A DNA stretch of 64,000 nucleotides, from positions 108,908-172,907 of IMG/VR virus record IMGVR_UViG_3300029787_000002, one strand, 5' to 3'. Below the pieces are notes generated by a model that was given only the letters and a program-made list of their open reading frames with translations, made no database searches and was not told where the DNA came from. A program made the position numbers and the translations under genes. Positions within the stretch are counted from its first letter, which is position 1. Each line of letters begins with the position of its first letter. This DNA comes from a virus. Shown here piece by piece: positions 46,101 to 58,100 of the stretch.

Positions 46101-49100
46101 CAAGAGAAAGATTGCATCTTCTAACAAATCGGAAAAGATTACTGATATTGTTATCGATGGAACAGACGTTTATGCATCTTTAGAACTTGCTGCTACACAA
46201 TCTAACGCAGATATTGATACTGGTGTTGCTAAGATTGCTTTTGGTGTTAATACTATTAGTGTAACTTGGATCAAGCAATTTGCTAATAGTCTGTATTCTA
46301 TTATGGATACTAGTCTTGCTATTGATGAATTCAAAGAACTTTATGTTACTGGTGGTCTAAGACTTAAGTCAGACGATACTACTAGAGATAGTTTCTGGGT
46401 TGGTAAGATTGATGCAAATGGCACATTTATCTGGAACTATCGTTATCTTGCTCCAACTGGAGGATCTATTACTGTTACTCCTAGTTCTGCAATTGATATC
46501 TTTGGTGATTTAAACATTGCGTTTACTAGCACCAATAATACCAATACTTTACCTACTGTTGATACTGTCAAGATTGGTTATGACGGAAAAATTAAAAATC
46601 ATACAACTAACCAATTTACACAAAACAATACTGAGGGTATTACTGCTTACTCTGTTGATGTTGATAACTCTGGTGATATTAATATTGTTGGACAAACTCA
46701 ATGGAATAGAAACGAGTTTATCTTCCCCTTCACTGCAGGGTCTAATGCTGATACAACTACTCATTATACCTTAACTTCTACATCAACAAACAACTCCATC
46801 ACTTATGCCAATGATGTTGCTAAGATCCATGGTTATGCAACTGGTGCAACTACTTGGACTCAAGGTAATCTGCAAATTACTTCTGCTCAATTAGGAGCAA
46901 GACTTAATAGTGACTTCACTGTTGAGATGATGATTTATAAAGATACTAATACATCAAGTTTAACTGGTGGTAGTATCACTCAACATACTCTTCTTGCTAT
47001 CGGTGATGCTGAAGAGGCAACTGGTGGTCTTTGGTTATACTATGACGTAAGTAGCGGATACTTAGAACTTGTTGTAACTAACGCAACTACTAAACTTAAT
47101 AGTGCATCTGGTGCAGGACAGTCCTCTCTCAACAACATGTTTGCTGATAATACATGGCAGTTTATTGGATTGAAGAAAGAAGGAAATGTCTTTACCGTCT
47201 ATGTGAACGGTATTCAAGCAATTCAATCTACAGTTCCTAGTACTGCTCTTGGTAGTAAGCATCTTTATGTTGGTCAGATCCCTGGTAGATCTGGTAGTGC
47301 AGGTAACTTTAGAATCAATGAGCAAGGTCAGTTCCATGTTGATAACTTCAGATTAAGAAACAGAGCGATTACTCCTACTGTTCCTTCTGATGTTAGTGCA
47401 TTCCCAACTGCAGGTGGATTTGGTCTCCAATACACTTGGACTGATACTGCATGGTTCACTACTAACCTTAACAGATATGACTTCATCGATTATGATGGAT
47501 TCTCACTTAAAATTGATAAGAATGCTGATGCTGCAAGAATCGGTACAGTTTCTACTCAAACTAATACTCAACTAGGATTTACAAGAACTGCTGTTACTCC
47601 TGTAACTGGTAGTACTCTTACAATGCAGAATACTGGTTATGCTTTATCTGAGGCAGGATTCCAATCTCTTGACTTTGATGATGCTACAATCAATATGACT
47701 CCTGCAACTGAGACTCTTACTTATACTCAGGATGTTTGGAGTTCTAGAACTGCAACTGTTCCTTCTCCTGGATCTCAGAAACTTAATGTATCTGCTGTTG
47801 TTAAAGACAGATATTTCTTCAAGGTTACTCCTACAACTAAGATTGATAACATTCAAGAGTTAACGATAAATCAGTCATTTAGGTTTACTGTTGGTAGTAA
47901 GTTACGTCTAAACAATGCTGCTGGAACATTTGTCAACAGCGGTTATATCGTAAGAGTTGATGATGCAAATAATAAAGTATATCTTGCTGTAAACAATAAT
48001 ACATGGACAGATGATACTGCTACTGGAAACTTAGTAACTGAACAGTTTAGTGAGCAATCAACTTATGGTATTGTTGGACCTATTCCAAATGATATCAACG
48101 TTATTGAGGGTTATACATTCCCATTAGTTAATAATACAACTCCAGGAACTTTTGATATTGATCTTGACAAATATAATTTAGATGGTACTTACAACGCAGC
48201 AGGTAGTCAAAATCTTGACTCATTTGCTAAATTCAAACCATTTGCAACTATTGATTACTCTGTAAGAATCGATGAAGTAGGGGGTTCTTCTCCATTCATC
48301 GTTGGTTCTGTTGTACAACTGACTTCCAGTGATATCTCATTCAATGCAGCATATAGCACAACACAGATAACAAACTTAACTGGCGTAACCAAAATTACAT
48401 TAGTTGCTAATCTTGATAAGATCTTACAAGTTTCTTCTGTTGCAAACAGTGATGAAGTTTACGTTATTACAAGTACTAGTCATTACCTTTCTGCAGGAGA
48501 CGTACTTTATGTTGATGGTAACCCATCTCAGACTGTAGGTAGTGTTGTATATGATGAATACGATGGTGCATTCCCTGTTGATCGTGTTATCAGTCCTCTT
48601 GAATTCACTTATAAGTTAAATCAAGCAGCAGTTACTTCACCTGCTACAACTGCAGGAAATGTCAATATCTTCATGAAGTCTCCGACTTTGAAGATGTACT
48701 ATGGTCACCAGTATATCTTTGACTTAAGTCACTCCTCACTTCTTGGTGGCAACCTTTCCTTTGCTAAGGATAGTCTATACAAACTTGAATATTCATTCAA
48801 CTCTATTGAAAGGGTCGGAACCCCTGGTGTCACTGGAGCAGGATCACCTACTCCATCTGTGAAACTAAAAGTTGACCCAACAATTGTTACTAATATTTCT
48901 TACTACTTTGACCCTTCTAGAACTGGTTCTGATTCTCCTGTTGTGCCTGGTAGTTACCTCGATGTTGTAGACTCTCCATATAAGGGTAACTTTGTGATCT
49001 CCTCTGTTGCAGGTCAGACTATTACTCGTGGTGCTGATATTATCAAGTTCCCTCTTCTTAACGAACCAGAAGGTGCTGCTGATATCAACCAAGCAAGTTA

Positions 49101-52100
49101 TGCAACTTCTTCCTTAAGAGCAGTTGGATCAATTAACGCTGTTCGTATTGTAAACCCAGGTGGTTTCTATACTAGATTACCTGTTGTTACTGGTATTCAA
49201 TCAACTAGACAAATTGAAAGAATTCAAATTAATGATCCTGGAACTGAATATGCTGTTGGACAGTACACCAGTGTACCTATTGCAGGTGACGGTGAAGGTG
49301 GATTTGTTACTATTAATGTTGCTGACGGACAAGATGCTAATGGCGTAACTATCCCTGGTCAGATTCAACTAGTAACTGTTACATCTCCTGGTAAAGGATA
49401 CACTACAGCAAGCATTGATATTGAGTCAGTGTCTGGTATCTTAGGATCTGGTTTGACTGGATCTGGTGCTGAAGTTGTAGTTGTTATCCCACCATTCGGT
49501 TCTGGTGCATCTATCTTCACTCAAGGATCTAGTGTTGGTAAGATTAAGAAACTTAAAAATAATAACTTTGGTTATGACTATCCTCATGACTATACATTAC
49601 GTCCTGAGATTACATTCCCAATCAATGCTCAGTTAACATCTACAAGTATTCTCGATAGTATTACAGTTACCGATCCTGGTACTGGATATTCTCAAGCACC
49701 TGCTGTTGTCATCACTGGAGGTGGTGGTAGTGGTGCTATTGCAGAAGCAACAACTAAGAATGGTCGTCTTGATACTATTATTGTTAAAGATCCTGGTGCA
49801 GGATATTCTTCAACTCCTACTGTATCACTAAGATCTTCATTCAACTATGTTGTTAACCTTGACTTGGGACTCTTACAGTTCGCTTTCCCACATGGTATTA
49901 CAAACGGATCTGCTGTCACACTGAATGTTGTTGACACTGGAGACGGTGTTGCTTATCCTCTATCTGCAGGTGCAACTGGTAGATTGAATGGAACTACTAC
50001 TTACTATGCTATTGCAGGTTCTGCTAACTCTCTTGAAAATGATCAATTAAAACTTGCGATCACTTCTGCTAACGCTTCACTTGGTGATGCATTGGCATAT
50101 GTCAACGCAGGTACAGGTCGTCAACAGGTTCTTACTGAATCATTTGGTGGTGCTGCTACAGCAAACGTTATTACATCTACTTTCTTAGAAGGAGAACTTG
50201 TATATCAGGGTGAATCTTTATCTACTTCAACTGCAACTGGATATGTTTCTACTAACGCAGGTTGGCAAGTTGGACCTAGAGTTCTTAAGATTGTTGACTA
50301 TACTGGAGAGTTCTCTACTGGTCAAAGAATCACTGGTGTGATTTCTAAGTCTTCTGGTATCATGACTGATATCAAAGTTGCTAAAGGTGTTCTTGAGATT
50401 GGTTCTGTTACTAAAACTACAGGTCAGTTTATCGATGACGTTGGTAAACCATCTGAGATTATTCAGAAGATTCAAGATAGTTACTATTATCAAGACTTCT
50501 CATATGCTGTTAAGTCTGCTGTTTCTATTGGTGAATGGAAAGAGATTCTTATCAAGAACGTTCACCCCGCATCATTTAAAGTATTTGGTGAGTTAGATCT
50601 CAATGATTATGGATTTATTCCTAATAAAGAGACATTCTTCCAGTTAACTAAGTCTGTTGAACTTGCAAGAGATGCAATTGTTCCTAATATTCAAAACTTT
50701 GCTCTTGTTGAACCTGTTTACTCTGAGTTCAATAATACTGAAGTACTATTCAGACAAAAACGACTAACTTCTTCTGAGAACATTCTAACTTCTGTTGTAC
50801 AGAGACTTGATGATATTTCTACTCAGTTTGATGGTCAAAAGATTTCCTTCCCTCTAACTGTTGATGGTAACAACGTTGTTGCGAATGCTAACCAGTTGAT
50901 GATTGTTCTTAATGGTGTTGTTCAAACTCCAGGAACTGCATTTGAGATTCAAGGTGATTCAGTTGTCTTTGCAGAACCACCTCAACCTCCTGCAAGTGTT
51001 AAGTATGTAAACGTTTCTATCAATCAGATTGCAACTGTTGCTCTAACATTCAATAATATCAGTGGTATTTTCCCAACTGCAGGTATGACCGTAGTTGGCA
51101 CATCGTCTCAGGCAAGATTGACTGTTACCACTGTTGTTGGTAATACTATCAATGGTTTCATCACTCAAGGAACATACACTATCGGTGAACTAGTAACTGT
51201 TGGTGCAACTGGTTTTGCTGCTAACGTTGCTACTGTAACTAGCATTTCTAATATCGGTCTGTTTGTCTTCGGTGAAAACATTACGAACCTTACAGGTGAT
51301 ACTGCAAAAGTTGAACAAATTAACCTCGCCAGCGGTGCAGAAACTCCACTTGCTCAGTTACGATACACCATCGGTGCAGCGACTACATCTATTGAGATGG
51401 TTGCATACAAGACAGATAATACTGGTACTGACTATCCAGTTACTCCAGGTGTGTTTGTTGCAGCAACCAACTATCAATTAGGATCTGAAATCTTCAGAGT
51501 AGATTCTGTTACTCAAAATAATGACTCAACAACTCTTGTTATAACCAGAGGTCAGAACGGAACTACACCAGTTTCTCATCAAGAAGATGCTCCTAGTTAC
51601 AGTACTGACATTTCTATTACTAATGCACTTACATTAAGTAAGATTGCAGGTACTTATCAATCAACACCTGGATTATTCGATATTCAGTTAAATGATGTTA
51701 TTATTGGTGCACAGTCTGGTGTTGTTGCTCGTGTTACCCAAACTTCAACCTATCAAGATCCTACAACTCAAGAGTTTATTGGTCAGGTTAACATTTCCGA
51801 AGGTTCTTCCTTCTTTGGATTACTATTCAACAGAATCACTTCTCAGACATATCCGAACGTCGTTCTTGATGATATCTCCAAGTCTCAGATTGGTATTGTT
51901 GATTTCACTGACAACAGTACTGCATTCGATAGTAGTTTCCCTGCTAATGAGCAAATAAACAACTATGTTATTCCTTATGATAACTTAACTGGCACATTCC
52001 AAGAGAATGAGTATATTCGTAACTATAAGATTGAATATGGTAATAACCAAGGTGAATTCCTTCCTACAGAATCTGCTAAGATCAGAAAACTTACTTTCAC

Positions 52101-55100
52101 TGACAGAATCGGTTCTGGATTCTTCCAAGCAGGTCAAATTATTAGATCTAGAGATACTAAGGCAGAAGTTATTGGTGCAAACTCTGCACGTTCTACTATC
52201 TTCCTCGGTAAGGTTGGTAGATCACAGCGTGGCGGTTTAGATTATAATATTCCAACTTGGGAAGGTGAAGCACAGATTGATACTTCAACTAAGAAGTTTG
52301 GTACTGCATCTCTTCTTTTAGGTAGAGCAAATCATACTCACACATTTGTAAGTGGCGTTGCTAATGCCATCCAAGCATCAAACGGTGCTACTTCTACACA
52401 TACTGCTGTAGCGGGTACGACTTATGATCCTGAGGCAGGAACATTAGTCATCAATATTGGAACCCATAGTTTGACCACAAGTAATAAAGTTACTATTGCT
52501 GACGGTGGTTTAACCTTTACTTGTACTGCTGATAGCAATACAACAAATCATCCATATCCAAGATCAACTGATCCTGCGTCTGGACAAGCATTAACAATCT
52601 CTGCGGTAACTTCCACAACGATTACTGTAGATGTTGGTGTTGCACAAGTTTCTTTAGATTACTTAAGTGTTGATTCTAGCAGTGATTTTGCATGGGGTAC
52701 TGCAGGATATACTATTGAACTTTATATCAAGGCAGCAGCATCCTCTATCAGTGGTATTCATTCTATCCTTGACTTTAGAACAGCATCCACTGATGCTGCA
52801 GGTCATCTCTACTTAAATGCAGGACAAGTTCGTTACAACGTAAGTAACTCTGATATTGTAACTTCTGGTGCAACTACGATTGCTCAAGATACTTGGACTC
52901 ATATCGCTGTTCAAAGAACTTCTACTACCGTTAAGATCTTCATCAATGGCGCAGAAGCAGGAACTGGAACTGATAGCACTAACTATGCTGCCAAACCATT
53001 CGTTCTTGGTGCATCTTATGCTCTTGGAAATGCATTCTATGGTCATATCGACGAACTTAGATTGAGTGCTACTACTCGCTATTCTACTATTCCGTTTACT
53101 CCTGTAAATGGTATTTTCCAAGGTGATACTAATACCAAGATTCTATGGCACTTTGATGGTGCTGATAAACAGGTATTCTTAGAAGACTGGTCTGGTACTC
53201 AAGATTTCACTATCAACGAATACATTAATAACGATGCAATCCGTGCAACTGCTAGATTGATCGGTGGTGTTCATAAATTTGTTTCTGCATCGAGTAATGC
53301 AGTATCTGTAACTGGATCAAGTAGTTTCACTCCAACTGCAGTTGATTATGATGCAATTACAGGTTCGATGGAAATTAATATCGGATCTCATAGTTATACA
53401 ACATCTGATACTATCACGATTGCTGCAAACTCTTTAACCTTCACTTGCTCGAAAGATAATCATGCTACTCAGCATACTTATCCTCGTCTGACTGATCCTT
53501 CTTACGGTGCAACCCTTACTATCACTGCAGTTACAGGAACTACAATTACTGTCAACGTTGGTGTTGCGAGCAGAGGATTTAATAAAAAGACACACAGATA
53601 TATCAATGCTTCTGATAACCTCATCTTAAATAAAGACTTCATTGCTCAAGAGGCAGTGTATATCATGAAGGCACGTTATCCATTCTTCACTGTTCTTGGT
53701 GGAGAAGTTAACTGTGAAGATGATGTTAAAGACATTGTAAGTGCAATGATTGAAGACTTTAGAAATGGATCTAACAGTCACATTTGGGATGCTGCTGCAC
53801 TTTATGTTAATAGAACTACAAACCCAATCACTCTTCTACATGTTTCCGATGATCTAAAAGAATCTCTGTATGTATTGGAGACTGTTGGTAAACTACTTAA
53901 GTATGTTATCACTAACACTCCATGGGATGTTCAAGGTGATCATGGTTTCACTCAGAAGTTTGATACTACAATTACTGAGTCTGACTACCTTTCACAATCA
54001 GTAACTCAGTTTACTCCAACAGGGGCAACATATAATCCTGCTACTGGTGACATGGTTATCACCTCTAGTAGTCACAACTTAGTAAGTGATACTACTATCA
54101 CAGCATCTAATGCAACTTATGATGCTACAACTGGTGTATTGGTCATCACTTCTAATGGTCATAACTTAGAAAATGGTGATAGTATTCAACTTGCTGATAA
54201 TTCATTGACATTCACATGTACAATGGATGGCAATGCTACAAACCATACATATCCAAGACCAAACGATCCTGCTGCTCAAGGTTGGTTAGAAGTTTCTAAT
54301 AAGACAACAAATACATTTGAAGTCAACGTTGGTAAGTCACCAATCGTCAACTATCAACCAACAACAGGAACAACTTATGATCCTGCAACTGGACTTCTTA
54401 AGATGTTCATTGGTGATCATAACTTAGCAGTTGGCACAAACATTAAGTTAACTACTGATTCGTTATCATTCACTTGTACAACTGATGGAAACACATCAGT
54501 TAAAACTTATCCTCGTGCTTCTGGTACAGGTGCTAACTCAGGAACTCCTGACCCTGCATATAATACATCTATAGCAATCGTTGCTGATGGTGTATCATCT
54601 ACTGCTACAGGTGCATCCTACAATACTTCTAGCGGTGTTTTAGTCATCACTCAGAATGCTCATGGATTTGTTGTAGGAGACAAGATCAGAATTGTTGATA
54701 ACTCACTATCCTTTACTTGTACTAAAGATGGTAATCATGAGACTAAGACTTATCCTCGTTCAACTGATCCTTTCTCTGGTAGATGGTTAAGAATTTCTGC
54801 TAAGACAGACAATACATTCACAGTTAATGTTGGTTCTTCTTCTGCTGCTGATCAATATGTTCATACATTCGTATCTGCTGCAGCAAACGGTATTATCAAA
54901 AGAGATAATTCTATTACTGTCAATGTTGGTACATCTTCAGACACTACAGCACACACCTTTGTTTCTGCAACTTCAAATGCAGTTGTTACTGGTGGTAGTT
55001 ACACCCACTCCTTCGTATCTGCTACCACAAATGGTATAACTAAAGCAGGTGACGCAGTATTCCTTGCTGACGGTGCTATATCCTTTACTTGTTCTAAAGA

Positions 55101-58100
55101 TGGAAACCAAAAAATTACCGCATACCCAAGATCTACTGATCCTGCTTCTAAGCAAGTCCTCAAGATCTCTGCCCACACCACGAATACGTTTACTGTCAAC
55201 GTTGGTCCATCAAGTGCTGATGATCAATACACTCACACCTTCTCAAGTGCAGTAACTAATGGTATCACTAAGTCTGAGTACAGTCTTACTGATTGTGCTG
55301 ATGTTATCACTACTGCTGATAATCTACTTGATATCATCACTGACACCCTAACATATGCTTCTGCTGCATCGCCTGTTGATTATCTTGCAACTGTAACTAA
55401 ATCTCTACCTGCATACGAATTTGTTGGTGGTACAGTCAATTCCTTCTCAGAGATTCCATTTGTTGTTGATTATCATAATGGTACGACAGATCAAATCTAC
55501 ACTAATCAGATTGATGAAGATGCTCGTGGTAGATTCCGTGATGCTGCTAACTTAATTAGAGCAAATAGAAAGGTTATCGTTGATAAAGCAGCATTTGATA
55601 TGCTTACAAGATATCCTGATCTTGCACTTTCTATGCCTAGAAATGCTAACGGTACATCTACTGATGGTACGTTACGTTGTAAGACTGACCTTGGATTGAT
55701 CTTAGATGGTCTTGCTGATGATGTTTATGACGGTGGTAACTTAGAAACTATCACTGCTGCTAATTTCTATATCGGAAATAGTGGTGAGTTACAACATATC
55801 AGGTTACAAGTTTGGCAATCTGTTTATGCACACGAAAGACTTGGATTCTATGCCAAGCAAGCAGTTACTGGTGATCTAGATTATACTAACACTGATGGTA
55901 TTATCGTTGGTGACTGGGGTATTACTAATGATGCAGGTGGATGTGCAAACGTCAAGACTGCGATTGATAATCTTGTAACTACAATCAATGATATTATTGC
56001 TCCTACTGGTGCTGACTTTGAGGTTGCTGCTGATAGACTTTACTTCAATAGAAACTTTATTGCAGAAGAAATTACTGGTCTCATCACTACTGAGTTTACA
56101 TATCTTCTAAACGGTGTTCAGTATCAAGCATTCACATATCCTGATGGTGCTCTTGGTGAATCAAAATGTCAGAGAGACTTAAAACTCATTATTGAGAGTG
56201 CAATCTCTGATTTACAGACTGGTGGAAATAACTCTATTATCGATGCTATCGCTAAGTATCTAACTGCTGCTTTAACTCTTAATATCGTTGATGGGGTTGA
56301 GCAAGAGTTACTTGCAACTGTATATGGTATTGAGCAACTTTCTTCACTTGGTGAGAAAGCAATTGATAACTTACTCTATGCAAATGGTGAAGATACAGGT
56401 GGCACAGCAGGTGCATACAGTGCATTACATACTGATGATGCTGCAGTTCGTGATTCATTATCACTAAGTTCTGCGATAACTGTTAAGAATAGATGGAAAG
56501 AACTTATTGAACTTGCTATTAATATTCTTGCACCCGCTAAACAGATTGGTAGAAGTGCTGCAAAACATATCCTTTACAACCGTAACTACTTCTTACAAGA
56601 GATTCAAACACAAACTCTTGCTCAGTTTGGTGCAGGTTCATGGACTTATAATGATTTCGTCAACACTACTGTTAATGATATCGTTCATGATCTTATTACA
56701 ACTGACACTAAGAAGAAAACAACTGCATATAATATTACAATTCAGAGTGTAAGTTCAACAGCATTCCAAGTTGGTGAAGTTGTAAGATCTAACATTGGCG
56801 GTTATGCAACTGTCCTTGAATATGATTCTGACACTAACTTCTTCGTTGTTGGTCCTTTCACAGGCACTGCATGGGTTGCAACTAATACACTGACAGGTAA
56901 GACATCTGGTGCAACTGCTACTATCTCTAGTGGTGGAGTTGGTAGTTCTTATGACTGGTACACTGAAGTTGCTAACGTTAGAACTCTTGCAAGCGCAAGA
57001 CTTATTACTTCTAACATCTCTGGTCAGATCGCAGGTACAAACCTCTGGACTAACCCTGAGGCATATGGAATCAACTGGACTCCTACAACTAATGTAACAA
57101 TTACTGATAATCAAGGTCTTGCTCCTGATGATACTCAAACTGCAGAAGATGTTACTCCTAATAGTGGTCAAAACGGACAGCATGAAATTAACAGAGATTA
57201 TAACTTAACAGCATTTGAAACCTTTGACTCTGGCACAGTTACTTTCGATACTACTAACGAATCGTTTGATACTGGTTCTCCTGGAACTTCTGCAACACAG
57301 CAGTTTACCTTCTCTGGATTCGTTAAAGAATCTGGTTCACAATCAATCAGATTCCAACTACAACTTGATCCAGGTGGTGCAGGTGAACAGAATGCATTCT
57401 TCGATCTTAACCTTACAAATGGTACAACTGGAACAGTATTTACTCCTCAGGGTGGTATTACTGCCGATGCATTCGGTGCTATCCCTCTTGGAAATGGTTG
57501 GTACAGATGTTACATCACATGTACATTCTCCTTCGGTTTCAATACTCTAAGATCTAAGTTTATCATCAAGAGTGGCAGTGGTGCTACTGTTTGGACTGGC
57601 GATGCTTCAACTGGTATTCTTGTTTGGGGTGCAAAACTTACTAAGGGTGCACTTGATCCTTATCAAGCACAAAGTGGTAAAACATTCTTCTCTGATACTG
57701 AGTTTAATACTAAAAACTACATTCTTGAATTGCTACAGCAATACATGATTGCTACTCTTGATAATAGTTTGACATCTCCCTCTACTTCTGCAGGATTCTA
57801 TTCCTTCTACAGTTCTACTGATGCTGCAAACTATACTAAGGCATCTGTTTCTGCGATGCTCAGAACTAACCTTAGAATCATCACTAATCAGTTAAGTAAC
57901 GATACTTCTTACATCGGTATTACAACTTATAATGGAATCGCTATTCCTACAAAAGCATACGGAAATGCAGTTGTTCCTGTTGGTGTCAACGGTGGACTCA
58001 ATCCTGCTGACTTTGTATACGGTTTACTTAGCAACGCATATTGTGAAGTTGAATCTGTCACTCTCAACGAGGGTCTAGTTGCACAGGTCTACTCCAGATT

